Positions 23,402 through 37,887 of a stretch of DNA of 64,000 bases are shown one piece after another (positions within the stretch are counted from its first letter, which is position 1; each line of letters opens with the position of its first letter). The notes under the pieces were generated by a model, which was not told the origin of the DNA, did not search any database, and was given only the letters and a program-made list of their open reading frames with translations. The stretch comes from Trichoplax adhaerens (lineage: Eukaryota > Animalia > Placozoa). The translations under genes and the position numbers were made by a program. Location of the stretch: NCBI RefSeq assembly GCF_000150275.1, contig NW_002060944.1, positions 1,536,911-1,600,910 of the forward strand. Reading direction: 5' to 3'.

Positions 23402-24842
23402 TTCTTCCTCTAAGTTTAATTATAGCATACCTATCTTTATCTTATGGAAAGTTTACTTTCATATATTATATCAGCGATCGCATAAGCCTCTACTTTGCCC
23501 AATAGTTATCGCGAATCATGTAGAAAACGAAAGGTTTGATTAATTACCAACCGAGTTGCAGTAATACGTACTGCTCTGCGTGTGCATTCCTAATTTCTAA
23601 TAACCGTAATATAACAGTGTATTAACCATACCAGGAATCTGGACTTAATTACTATATGTCTCAATATAGTGCTCTTTTATACAGCTAACTTCTATAATGA
23701 TCTTATGTTTTTATTGGTATTTAAAATTTTAAAGTTGAAGATTACAGTTGCTTTTCTATTGCAATTCAACAGTTTATAACTTAGATTGATTTCAATCAAT
23801 TTTACTATAGTGTAATACAAGACACAAAGATCACGTTTTGTGCTATTAAGATGAAGTTAATCTTTTCTGTTTCATTTGGTTACTATTAGTTTATAGCATC
23901 GAGAATTAGATCCTCTTTTTAAATCGCGTACAGATAAGTGTAAAAATCCTGTCATAAAGGATTGATTCAATAAATTTTAAGTAGCATTGATTAATATTAC
24001 TGTATATAGAAATACCAAATTAAGATAAAGGAAATAAAAAATGGAAATAAAGATTACTAAATCAAATAATTACATTAACTACAATCATTTAGAAGTTGTA
24101 GCAACATCAATATCGTATATAAATACGCCAGAAATAAAGTTCAGTAAGGAGTAACATTAAGCACTCATTACAAATGCGTCAAACAGTAATTAATCCTATT
24201 CGATCATACAACGCTTTGTTACTAATATTACAGTACATAATTCATTATCCACAGAGTATTTAAATTAATTTACATTTGCAAAATTTCTCATATAATGCAA
24301 ACTGCAATAAGCATAAAATAAAAATAAGTTATAAAGAAGATGTGCTAGGGTGATCTTTGATATAGTTAATTTCAAATTAGCTCTTAATAATTTGTATCTC
24401 CTATTGAATAATACTTATTCGTCTTAAAAAAATACAGCATTTTCATTAACGCCATTAAGTAGACCTGAAGGAATTTAGAATGAATGCTATCTAGGGTTTA
24501 CTCGCGGTTGTAACTACACGCCGTTAATATAGTTTAACATGTAGAAATTGGTAGCTATCGGCAACTAATTAGATCTTTTACTATAATATTTCATAAGCAC
24601 AATGTAATAGTAACATAAAGGTTCGAATTGGCGAGAATGACTATGATCGCGTACTCTCAGTCAATAGAGCATGTACGAATAACTCCCGAAATAGTAATAG
24701 GTACATTAGGTAAACAAATCATCAGTAAATTGCTATTAAAATCCTTTCCTAATTTTTAATATTTCATAATTTTTACATTTATAATAATAAAATAGCTTTG
24801 CAAATAAGCAATGAAGGCTCTTTTATCCTTCTTGTCCTTTAC

Positions 24843-27800
24843 TTAAATAATCGTTTCGATTTTACATAGTATCTTGCCTTTATATAGCGGCAGCTGATCT
24901 TCATCATCTGAATATTCTTCCATTACCGCACCGCATTCGAAATCTTCACACTCTTCTTTGAAAAAATATCTAAAAGTATAGCGTCAATAATAATCAGTGA
25001 ATCTTTTCCTTGCATTTGGATTAATTCAACTAAAACGATACAAAATGATCACGATTTTCATTGTAATGGATTGTTAACTTAAAGCAGATACAAATCAGTT
25101 AAAATATTAAAGAAATATACACTATATCTTTATTTGAATACGTGATCTATCAGTTGTAAGTCTCCTAATAATTTATGTATTATAAAACTACGGTATAATT
25201 AATTTCCAAACCATATAAAGAAATATCCTTGAATGTAATAATTGTTACCTGAATTCTCCCTTCTTACTTAAAACTGCTTTGAATTGGCCCAATGTTATAT
25301 CTCTACCAGGGACAGTGATACGATATGGGACGGACTCAGAACAAAATGTGTAAGTCACCGTCGTTCCTTTGCTACTGTTCGACTTCCTTTTAGGCTTCGT
25401 TGATGTCTTATTAACATTGCATGATTCGCCTAGAGAAGTTCTAGATTCGGTTAAATGGGGCGGATTCGTATCCATTCGATACTCCGCTTGCTTAATTGTA
25501 TTTGCACTTAGCTCACTGCTATACTCTGAATCCTCACTGTAATAATGACAAAACAAAAAACTAGTTAAAATACATTTTTCAATTTATGCTTAGGAGCAAT
25601 CAAGAAATGATCTCTTAAGTAATTCAATGATTACTATACAACATTATTGATGACTATGCCAATTGGATTTGAAGTTAAATACGTAATAATAGAAAATAGC
25701 ATCTACAATTTTTATCTACTAACGAGTATATCATCAATTAATACAAAATAAAGATCTAATTTCCTTACCATTCATTGTGCTCAAATTCTTCTACTTCCAG
25801 GCGTTTCTTCACTCCTTCTAATATTTGTAACGGTTGATTACATTTGAAATGGCCACGTCGATGGTCGTTATTGTCAGTACCATGCGATGAATAAGACATG
25901 CGGCCAGGCGAAAGTACTCCGCTGTGATGATATCCTGGTGAACGTACATAGCGATCGTCATATCGATAACCGTGATTTGTATTTACCACTACAGGGACGC
26001 TATAATCGGAAAGATTTGGCATCATATTTCTAAATGGAGGTTCAGTTGTGCTTGACCGTTGAGAGCTACTGTTAGAATTACTATGGTAATCGCAGGTTTG
26101 CTGAGACTGCATCATAACAACCCCAGATTTTCGTTCACGGTCACGTTGCGGTTGGAAATAATGATTTCCATTGGGATCATTAATCGGGCGATATCTTCCC
26201 GTTTCGTTAGTTCTAATAGCTGATTTACCAGAACCTTCATAACTACGGCAGAACAAATAAAGTTTTATAATTTATCAATAAATAACAGGATATCGCTATT
26301 TACTGTACAGTCTACGGAAAAAGAACAAAAGTGATCTGTGATTTCCCTAAAAATTAAGTTACCGATGAGTTTAAAACTGCTGCATGTGTTAATTGTACAT
26401 ATATACTGTACATTGTACGATAACAACATAGCTAAATGTATAAAGTCTTGCTATCATAAATAATAATAATTTTCACGATATAAGATTAGACATGTACGAA
26501 TACAGGTATTATAGTAACGAGGGCGAGAAGTCCTTCTGTGGCGACTCACAAATTACGGTACATTATTAACCCAGATATGACTTTCATAACAATATCAAAT
26601 GTCATCGTGTGTATAAAATATTACTTTTTTATTTTTCATTAACTGTATAAAATCAAATTTACCTTTGGTAAGGCTCAGGATCAAGGTCATTTCTGTCTCT
26701 CATAGTTGTACTGTTACGACAGGAGAGATCTCGCTTCCTATACTTTACAATTCCCGAATCGGTCATGCTAATAATATCATCAAAGTCACGAGAGGAATAA
26801 CGGCTACTGCTATTGGAAACTACTACTCCATTTCCTTCTGAGATACGATGCACTGGGATTAGCGTTGGTCTACCATTGGATATTGAAGTTTCACCACAAC
26901 TTCTCATAAGACGCTGCGGTTGCGTATTAATAATCATTCCGGCATTTCTAACTGATCTGCTACTATTATCAGCTGATCGCTCATGTCGACTACTACAATA
27001 ACCACCCTGAGAATTAACAGAACTAAGATCAGATGTAGATGAATAATCCGTTATTGAGTCAGCACATGATTGCAGTTCGTCTACTCCATAGCTGTGTGGT
27101 GTGACTAAAGAATTGGTGGATGTAGTTCGATTATTCGGTGTAATCAATAGTTGTTGTGGTGGTTGCCTTATTCTGTGCGAACCAATTTGATTTCGTGCCT
27201 GTCCCTAATTATGTCGTATGATTGTTAATCAATAACAATAATTAACTAAGACTTTTAAATATTCAAGCAAATCAGAGTTTTAAATCTATCCAATAAGTTA
27301 TTATGTCACTATTGCTGAGATTAATGCTATAACTACAAAATAAAATTTTTATTCTATCCAATCTTATTTTTGAGTTAAAGTATACATAAGTAAAGTTTAA
27401 CCTGCTGTAGATGGGAACTGTTATTATTGTCATCATTCGATCCTGGCCGTAGTATTTTCTCATCGATTCTTTGTACTAGTTGAGCAAAGAATCCTTGGGG
27501 GTCGCTGCCACCATGACGAGCATCGCCTTGACGCCGCTATAACACAAAAATTTATACTTTGACTCAGCAAACTAGTAAAATTGAAAACAACTCAGATCCG
27601 TAATAGACACTAGTTTTTTTGATTTTTGTTTCCTCTATTTATCTTATAGACGTAGTTACTATGATGATAAGAACAAATTTAACTAATTTTAACTGTTACA
27701 GCGTATTAGGTACGCAATAAGATATTAAAATAGTGAACCCTAATCACCGATGGTCCTTTTCTGTTTAATAATTTCACTTTTTCTTTCTGGGCTTTATAAT

Positions 27801-29398
27801 CAAAGCCGTCGTCTTTATTGATAACGATAGTAGATAAATCAAGCCTGCCATGAAAGAAATAATATCAATGAAAACCGATACTTTTGCGAGACATTGTGGC
27901 TAAAGTCAATTTGTTAAGTCATTCACGATATTCGTAAAACAGTAGTTTAACGAGTACTTGTGAATTTCTAACCTATCGCGTTGATTTTCAGTTGCTATTC
28001 CCTTTCTTCGCTCGTTTATCGGTTTATCTGATTCATTTGGTATCGTCCTAATCATGAAATAGTTATATAGTTATAGTATGAAACTAATAGTTATAACAAT
28101 TTGCGAAATGAACCAAAACCGATGAATTGTTTAATTATTGTTCGTTTGTATAAACGTAAAAATCAAAAACAGCTGATGATGCATTGTCTTCCTTTTACGC
28201 AGTACGAATCGATACTAGAGACTTACAGCTTGCTTTATCACGACTAATACAGAATGTCGTATGCGCATTATGTCGAAGTAATTTAAGTATTCTAGTAGTA
28301 ACAGTGTACAAACATCGTTCAATGTAGATTAAAAACTATAATACTACTTATTTGCAACAAATAAAAAAGTAATAACACATTGACAAATATTTTGACTTAC
28401 TTGTTCATTGCATTTGACTTTAAAGCAGCACCTTCAATATACGTATCTTGTTGGAGTATTTCTTGGTTTTCCACTTGTTCCTTAGTATGATCTACATATT
28501 GCTTACCAAGATCATCCGTTTCAAAAGTGGAAATTTCCTCTTCTGGTAAAGGTGATAAGTTTGTGAAGAGTGTAATTGGCGATTTAACTTTAGGCATAGA
28601 CTGATGATATTGTTGTTTCTGTTGAAATGAGTGTGATTGATAGAATGCGGGTAATATTTCTTGTCTTATCCAATTTGTCACTTGCTCTAATGATCCATCG
28701 AATAAATTATCTTCCAGACAATCATATGTTATTTTATCCCGGATTGCATCCTGATCTTGAGGTTGTAATCCAGGACAAATGGGTTTAGAGTTAAAACAAG
28801 TAGCTAAAATCGATTTGACAATATCATGGCGCTGAGCTAGTTGATGACATTGTTTATAACGTAGACATGCTTTCCAGAACATCAGCGCAAGATGGCATTG
28901 CCGGTCTTCCATAAAGCTCATTAATGCTGGTAAATCATCATCGCGGTCTAATAACATAAATGACGATAACAAGGTCGACTGTGTAGATAATGGCGAATGT
29001 GGAAGATTATCTTCCGACTCTGATCCTATAATAAGTGGAGATAAATTAGGATCGCCTTCACCTGCAGAAACTTGTTCTACAAGTCCACGATTGCCATGAG
29101 GTAATTGTCTACCTTCATTACGGCTCTGATAAAATGACGATCGCGACGGTTGATTGTACGATGACGAAGCATTAGGCGAAGGTAAATCCTGCTGGTTCTG
29201 GTACGTACTCTTATCGAATAGATGTGGATTACCCTGATTAGAATGTGGCATAGTCTGATGGCGTTCTTTTACAACGACATCGCCATTTTGATTGACCGAT
29301 CCTGCCAGATAGTTATAATCTTCTTGATACACTGATTCTCCGCTATTCTGGATTTTGGTCGAATCCTTCTGGTTGGCCATATCGACCGAGCAAACCAT
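24843..29398 (-). CDS. AXIN: Axin (Wnt destruction-complex scaffold): RGS domain, GSK3-binding-like helix, C-terminal DIX; 8 coding exons
   Basis: RGS-like region (LMFWKACLRYK...LFDGSLEQVTNWIRQEILPAFYQS), LSPLPEEE, DPQGFFAQLVQRIDEK, ISMTDSG, NQPLQILEGVKKRLEVEE, and DIX TVTYTFCSESVPYRITVPGRDITLGQFKAVLSKKGEFRYFFKEECEDFECGAVMEE...LPLYKGKILCKIE. Small exons at ~27973-28047, ~27749-27844 and ~27402-27536 keep the frame. Confidence 0.94.
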
Positions 29399-32300
29399 GT
29401 AAAATGACTTTTTGTTGTTTTATGATAGTAAGAATAGATAAAAAGAAAAAAGAAGTGGTCTATAATATTTTAATTGAGTAATAAATTACGCCCAATGTTC
29501 TCTCGTAAAATACGCGGATATTGCGATGGTGCCTTGAGAGTTTAATTGTTTTCTCGCTGATTGGTAATTTTTGAATAGTTGAGGCCGTTGATTTCTACTC
29601 GTATTTAGCGAAGAATATAAATGTCCAAGTTATGTATGTATCTGCAAAGATGAACAGCATTCATAAAACAGAGTGCAAACTATCCTGTACAATGTTGAGA
29701 GCTTAAAAATTTAATTTGTACAATATAATTACCTTGACTAAAGCAGTATTAAATACATAGGATTACAAATAAAGGTGAAGATTGAAATTAACGATATCAA
29801 GCACAGTCAATTAAGTTGTATAGTGGCAATTACTCAACTTTATCGAACTACCAAATCTTCAAGTGAATAAAATAAATACTGAGGCGCCTACAACTGTACG
29901 TGAAATATATTGTACCTGAAGAAGTAAAGCAAAAACTATGATGTACATAATCTCTGTTTACTGCTTTGTGATGTCTGTAAACTAGAGCGTCAAATAGTGC
30001 CCGATTAAGGTTGCTCATGCATGCTCATACTTGTCTACCGGTTCAACGAAGATCTTACAATTCCACTCCGCCGTTTAGACAATTAGCATTGAATAGTACA
30101 GAACATGCAGAAGAATAGAGCGGTTTAAGCAAAAAGAGATTACGGAATATTTAAGTCAGGGTTCGTCGTAACATATAACAATCGACTAAGAAAAAAGTAG
30201 GCGAATCAAAGCTCATAACATTTTAACAAATAAATAAATAATATCTATATCTATATCTATATCTACAGTAGATCTATATATGCGCGTATGTAGAGAGAGC
30301 GATACGCATCTGTAGAATACATATCGTATACACGGTGTTATTATTAATAATAATTAATTATTATTGCCCTTGTACTTTATTGTATCAAATTGTATTTATT
30401 AGTATATAGTTTACAAACTCACGGCTCCAATGTATACCGTATCTGCAGTTACTGTAGTACTTAAAAGTTTCCGATGATCAAGAACAAATGGTAACCCAAC
30501 TATCGCACAGCAGACGCTACATGATGTATTATTATGTACTATATCGATCATACTGGACTGTATATAAGACACATGTTAGGAACATGCACGCAATAGTGTT
30601 GTAGGTAGTTAACTAGTTCTGGTACACAGTGGACAGCCTGTTCAATTTTAGTAAACCATAAATAAATATTATTATTATTATTATTCGATACTGAATTGTG
30701 CGTGCATTCACATTCAAAAAAACTACCGCACAGTATCCAGTGATCACTGAATCGCTAGGTTCAATCGTAAAAAATTTCCTACTTGTGAAAGAAAAACAAA
30801 AACAAACTTGGATCAAGTCGTAGGTGATGTAAAATTCGTTTCGACAAATAACAAAAAAGTTTTATTACTACTGCGGCAAGATAAACGAAGTATCAATACA
30901 ATGCCTTGCAAGTACAAAAGGCTCCGACCGACAGTAGTGACACTATAAGAAACAAGGCGAACATATCCGCCGTACATTGTACGGTGAACTACAGTATGAT
31001 TCACCGTGGCTTACAGTCTTGTACTGTAGGCTCCTAGCATTGCGTAACATTATATTTTGTATAGAACCGAACGGTTATGGCAATATACTACAATACTATA
31101 GACTAGAATAGTGTATCGAACGTTAGTCCTTGCCTGTGACGAAAGAGTCAGTCAATGACTTGATTCATGAGACAGCGAGTCCTTTTCCCCCTTGTGAACA
31201 TTGTGAACATCATACTCTTGCTATTACAGTATTATTAATGCACCTTTGCCACATTCTTCATATTTCTAAGGTGCTACTGCTTATGGATTAATTAATGAAT
31301 GAACTTTTAGAGCTCCAGTGCGTGTTACTTAGTTGACTGATTGTATATATATATAGCTAATTAGAGTATAGAATACAACGTCAGTAGAAAGGGCTGATAG
31401 TGGCGTAACATTGCAGGCTACGTAATAATCATCAATTGCGACTAGGAACATTGTGAATCCCTTATTTACAGTACTCTGGAAGCAAAATATTATCGAAAAA
31501 GTTTGTCATGCCTCATGTAATCTCGACTACAATATGTGATTGGCGTACTTTTAAAAACAAGAAAACAGTAATATTCATCGGTATAATGAACTACCAATGC
31601 TAGGGTAGCAATGATCTAAACCGGTGATCGTCTTTGCTGAACTGTAGTCCTGGAATTAACTTGTCTGAAGTATAATATTTTAGAAGACTACCTCTAATTT
31701 GCAAGATATGTCCTAAGAAAGAGAAGCGTGTTGCCAAATACTATATTCTAAGCGCATTTTTTTCGAATAAACATAATATAAGAGCGTGCAAAAGTCCTAC
31801 CCAAAAACACGATAAATTTTTGCAAAATAAATCTTGAACAAATCTCAAGTAAAAAAATCGAAAATTGCTAAGGGAGAAGCATCCAAACGTGCAATACGAC
31901 AATGACCAAGTCATTCAGTTCTTTAAAAAAGTACAGTAAAAATATACTGTATTGTACATCAAAATTACAAGGATCATCATAACCAAATCGTCATCAAATA
32001 AAAATATTTCTAACAAAGTTGGAAAAGAATAATAGCTAAGAGAATTAATAGATTTACAAGTTAGATTAGATATCAACACTTTACCTTATCAAGTATTACG
32101 TACTGTAAATGTCCTGTTCCAATAGCGTTATCAATTGTAACTTTAGTGCGAATCGAAGCTAAATATTCCAAAGAAAAGTAACGAAATAAGGATCATAAGA
32201 CGTTTCTGAGCTTTCGTGATGGCTATCTATAGGCTGAATGTTGCTGCTAATCTGCTAAATAGATTAATATCGACGGTAAATACGAAATAGCTGACCCATC

Positions 32301-35300
32301 CAAGATTCTTTATGTAACTCCGATCATTAACAGGAGTTGATGTTCGATAAGATGTAGATAATTATTCAATTTGAGTGAATGGAGATTTGCTGAAAGAATT
32401 TAACCTCAAAATGATCGTGCGGAGACGGAGTAAAATAATCTGTTGTACGAACAGTGATATAATCAATTTATAAAATAGTTTACCTATCTCTATTAGTGTT
32501 GACCCTTTATGAACTTGTCATCGACAGTAAAGGCTATTATCGCTCGAATTATTAGAATCAACATCCGCTGTCAGAAGTATGCCTGCAGTACAGTATCTAA
32601 TAATAATTTAAAGATTTTGATAACAAATATAATTAGACACTACCTTTAATTTATGTAAAACATTGGTATACTGTACGGACTCTGTGGACCATCTATTTAG
32701 TCTAAACTACTCAAAAATCGGTTTTGAATGATTGGGCCAGCAAGCAACTAAGTTTCTATGGTTAAACTTTAATACTATTCAATCAATACAGCGATCATTA
32801 CTATTACGGCATACTTAATATCTCGATTATACTTTTTGAATATGAATCAGGCAAAGGTTGATTAAGGAACGGAGTTATTTTTGTCTCGATTGATTACAAA
32901 ATGAACTGCACTATAGCAAAGAATAGTTTTGTTGTCATGCTTCAACAATGCTTTTTACAATACAACAAAAAGAAAGCGACATTATCTCTATTTGTATTTG
33001 ATCGTAATAGGACAGACTTAGGGAGGGGGTTCATCTTTCCATCGATTCTTTCCTATTTTTTCAATATCATATCACAGTGGAATTTCGTTTATAACGATGT
33101 TACCCTCCGTCTCTTTGCTCTATTTAAAGAAATGTGTAAGTATTGCATTGACTAAGCATGACGCCGAAAACAAAATGACAGCCTTTCATGATAGTGCTAA
33201 AATAATATACAGGCAACTTCGAACTTCAATAGCGTCCTCATTCATCTTGACCGATAATATCTAAATATTCAACCACCTGGTGACGGAGTATTGGTTGAAT
33301 ATTGCGCAAAGACATCATCTATGATATGCTTACATATATATTTATTAGTGATATACACCGCCAAGTTGTCCATCATCATTGATCATGTCAAGTATTGTTG
33401 ACGACAATGTATGAAGATGCCGCACTATTATAATTAAAACTTCTAAGATAAGATTAAGGGGCGGCGATTACAAACCTTTGATAATTTGCCGCTCATTAGG
33501 GCATTACGATGAACAACTGCAACAAAGCCAATACTTTTGGTAATCGCCTTTTACCACCATTCCTTTTGTTATGATACAATTTATGAATAACAAATTGACT
33601 ATCAACATTTTTATCGTAAGCGAGACGTCAATCATCACTAGACTACCATCAAGAAATTAACGGCATTAGCTTATACCATTTATTCAGAAGATTGAAATTT
33701 CAATAAAGCTATCATAATATTCTATCATATTTAATGAGGTCAACGCCTGCATATATCATGACGGCTGATTTATTTTAACTGGAGATAGTAGACCATTCTC
33801 TCTTACTCCACTTAACCAAAAACTTCATAAAATCCTGTACAATCGCAATACTCGTATCTTGACTATGTGCTCCAGCACAAGCAAATTCTTGTAAGACTCA
33901 CATCTTCATATCTCAGCGTTTGAACTTATTTGCAATTACCTTAATTCATGTTTTTATCTAATTTATCCATAATGCAGTTACAGTAGCCCAGATCCTATAT
34001 GCATAGACAGCACCCGAAAGCCACTATAAAAATCGATAACGAAGACTTACTTTTGCACTGCACGGTAGTAAATGTTTAGGTATTGTCAGAATGGCACCTA
34101 GCCTACATAACGCTACAGTAAGCTATCATTAGTTTATAATAGTATCTTAACATGAAATAAGACATTTCAAATTCCAAGTGAATAGTGAAAAACGTATTGA
34201 TCAGACGAGCTTTCATGCGTTTGTAAATGTACCTATTATTTGAATAGACCAAAAAAGTAATAGACTCTAATGCAATTTTATTACCTTTTAAACAAGAAAT
34301 TATTGGTGAGAGGATGTAGTATTTTTATGTAAACCCGCAACAAATCAATCGTAGTAACACGATATCACATAAATATTAATGTCGTGCAGCATCTTTGTAC
34401 CTCGGTGTCTATTTATTCTGAAGTTATGGTAGGCTAAAGAGAGCGAGAGCGCAGATAAAAGAAAATATAGTTGATGTGAAAGGCCTAAAAACAAAGATGG
34501 AACAATAATCATATAACATTACACTAAAGATAGTAGCTATTTAAGCTAGTATCAACTACTGGGAACTTATAACCAACATTAGAACAGTTCAATCCCATCT
34601 CCAAAAATCATCCGCTTTGTTACATATACTATGCGGCATGCTTATTAACATCCTAGAAACTACTTTATAGACCTACAATCATACATATTACGTACAGAAC
34701 GCGACATGCATAATATTAATACCAATAGAGAGGTCAATTCATTAATTTAATCGTAATCGAAAGACATGATAACACCTTAGGGGTGATGTGATTACTTTCT
34801 ATATCTAAAATATGCGTGAAACGCTCTTGGTATTTAAAGCAGTTACAAAATTTAGAAAAAGAAACTTTCAATTCAAAATACAATTGTTACGCTGAGTTAT
34901 GATAATTTTTATCCAACAGTCACCGACATAAAATGATTTATTGCAACATTAAATCTTATAAACTTCGTTAATCAGTAACTTTGTACCTACTAATGTGTGC
35001 ATTGTGAAGCTCAAATGTAGAATAGGATATCTACGAATTATCAAGGATTAATTTACTTTACTTTTAATTTAGATTATGAAGACTGCCGACGGTAAACATA
35101 TCATTGCATTACAGGCCTTGTTTTGCACTTAAATATAACAGTACCAAATTTTCCATTCAGTTATCGTTACGATAAATCAGCGAATAATGACATTAGTCTA
35201 TCCTTGAAGGAAGTGCGAAATTGTACATGTTAAACTTCATGAATTACGTGCAGCATATACAAGTATTGTCAAGATGTCATAATCGCTATTTCACTACACA

Positions 35301-37887
35301 ATATTAGCATTTCTTATCTTCTGCACGTTTCGCCTTTTCTATTAAGCAAGGATCATTATCATTTGATAAAGGATTGCCGAAAAATTCACACCAAAATATA
35401 TTACAATTGGTGCTATAATAGAGCATTTAGTATGGATAATAAATTGAACTCGTACGCATAAACTTCTTACAAAATACATTATTCCATCACTTAGAATAGA
35501 TTCTAATTCTATTTTTATATTATTTGTAATTAATAAAACCTGTTGATAAGAAACAACTAACAAAATAAGATAGTTAATGAGGATAAATATTGATTGATAC
35601 TTTTTCTGCGTAATTAAAGCTATAGTTATTATTTCATCTTGCCGCATCTTCGATAATAATCTATACTGATTAAAGATTGAAACAAAATATAACTGCGACC
35701 AACTGCTTCATTACAAGTCATCAAATAGACCTGTAATTTAAATTAAATAAAGGTGGGAGTCGCACTTCTTGATTCACAAGTAGCAATAGAGCTTGTACTG
35801 CCATAGCGAACATTTTAAGTGATTTAGACCTTACGCACCTTGTCAAGTATACCTGTAAGTTCCAAGATACACGTATTTACTAATTCCAGATGAATTAAGT
35901 AAGAAATAAATTTGTTGTATACTGCTATTGCCAGATACTCACCTCTATCCGTTACATAAATGTTTACCCTAACGATGGTGTTCGTCGCTGGACCGTTAAA
36001 ATGAGATACTCCTAATTAATAACGAACATTATAAGTAAATAACACTAGCTTTATCATGTTTGTTCATTGTATAGTTCACTGTTTGGTCTACTATGAATCA
36101 TACACTGATCTAGATATTGTTATTAGTCATTCATAGCGATCATCAAGAAAAAATTGTTTAAACATTTTCGAATAATGCAATATTTTAATTAATGATATTT
36201 TCTATTTAATCGAAATATTGGATACTATCCGCTACTCAATAAATTTGTAGCCATCCCGTAATCGATACTTTTCAAATCAATTGGTGATTTCAAATGTGCT
36301 ATAATCTTACAGCTTGGTAAGGCACAAATACCACCTATTGCTTGGCTAATAATGGCCGCATATTACTACTTAAGCAAATTAGATATAAAATCTTTCACCA
36401 ATGCAATCGGCATGCAGGTGTAATATATAAAATAGTGTACGATATTTAATTAATCAATTGATTTATTACTGCTCCATTTTAAAAAATAAACAACCAAGGC
36501 CGCACAGTTACACTTCGGCTATCTACTTGAACAGCTTGCAAATGTAGAATATTGCGTTATCTTAATCTAACATTCAGGCGATGCTAATTGTATGAGTAGT
36601 ATACAACTAGTTAGGTCAACAAAGTCAGAAAAACAGTAATTCCATTAATTTTATTTCATACCTACAATTGCTTTTTTTAAGTGAAACGATTCTTATTGTG
36701 GAATATCTTCAAGTCATAAACAGTGTAAACGTACTTGGTCACTGCCAAGCAAATAACCGTAAGATTGTGGGGGACTGCAAGATAAACGTAGTGCCTATAA
36801 GTACTGTACAGTATATTACAAGCAACTCTATTAGACTCTATTAAATTCATGTATACTAGAGTAATTACGTCAAGAGAATTACCATTCCATAATCTCAGAT
36901 ATAATCGATATTTATATCAATTTAACTTTAGAAGGATAGTTTTACTTTATGTGCACCAGGAGTCTCTAATGAGACTATAAAATGCTGGTGCCTGAAGAGC
37001 ACTTTTAGTTACTTAGTCGGTTAGTTAGTCTACTAGTTGTCAATTGCTATTGAATTGTCAAGACTATAATCTTGGTTGTCAAGATTTCTTCATTAATAAA
37101 TAGTAGTAATTCTCTGACTACCTCATCTACACTATCAGTGACGCTATAACTATACTATATTACTCGGTCGTTGGAACTACTTTGTCACTAGTGGTGTGAC
37201 ACTTCTAATAGTTAACTAGTAGAATTTCTTAATCAAATGTTTCCTTAAGGCTTGACGTTTTAGCGTGATGAAAGCTGATGAAATAATTACGAGTGTAGTT
37301 TTATATCTGGTAACGTTTGTTGAAAAATTGGATTAGTTGATTATAATATAAAATAGATTATTACTTTATAGTAGCGACAATTTCAATTGTTTCTTGTGCT
37401 TAAAAATACCAATCCGATTTTGACCCATTTCTACTTTTTATTAGCACATATCCTATAAGCCAGCTTAAATAATATAATTAATTGCACATGTACAGACAAG
37501 TTCTACAGGAGTAGCTTTACTACATTTAGATTGGCTACTAACATTCCCAGTTCCACTCTAGCCATTTCTGGAATGATTCTCATCGATTTTAACCACACAA
37601 GGAATATCATATGTACACTGATATCTTACGATAAGTCAAGAAAGGATACATTAATAGTAATAACGTGTAGCGAAAATGTCGCGAAACTGATTAGCGTTAC
37701 AAGGTAGCAAATCAAACCCGTACAGATATGCGTGTTACTCGCAGAAAAATGATAAGCGAGCACAAAATGTAATTTAACAATTGAGTGTAATTAGGGTTCG
37801 AAAACTACCAAAAACCATGACAGATTGTAAAATTACATAATTTTTACTAAAAACAAAATAGATTTAATAATAGATCCCACAATTTTA

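Noticed and set aside
30205-33530. TCF/LEF-like sites (ATCAAAG ~30205, CTTTGAT ~33476) upstream of Axin as Wnt feedback elements
   Set aside because: A few such 7-mers are expected by chance in several kb of AT-rich DNA, and there is no dense cluster.
35342-35647. 101-aa hydrophobic ORF and similar I/L/F/Y-rich short ORFs
   Set aside because: The composition is what AT-rich non-coding DNA produces, with no recognisable motif.
37641-37649. Other RTATCCTT matches (37641 minus, ~3850 minus, ~54603 plus)
   Set aside because: They are not at exon boundaries and have no matching branch site or acceptor.
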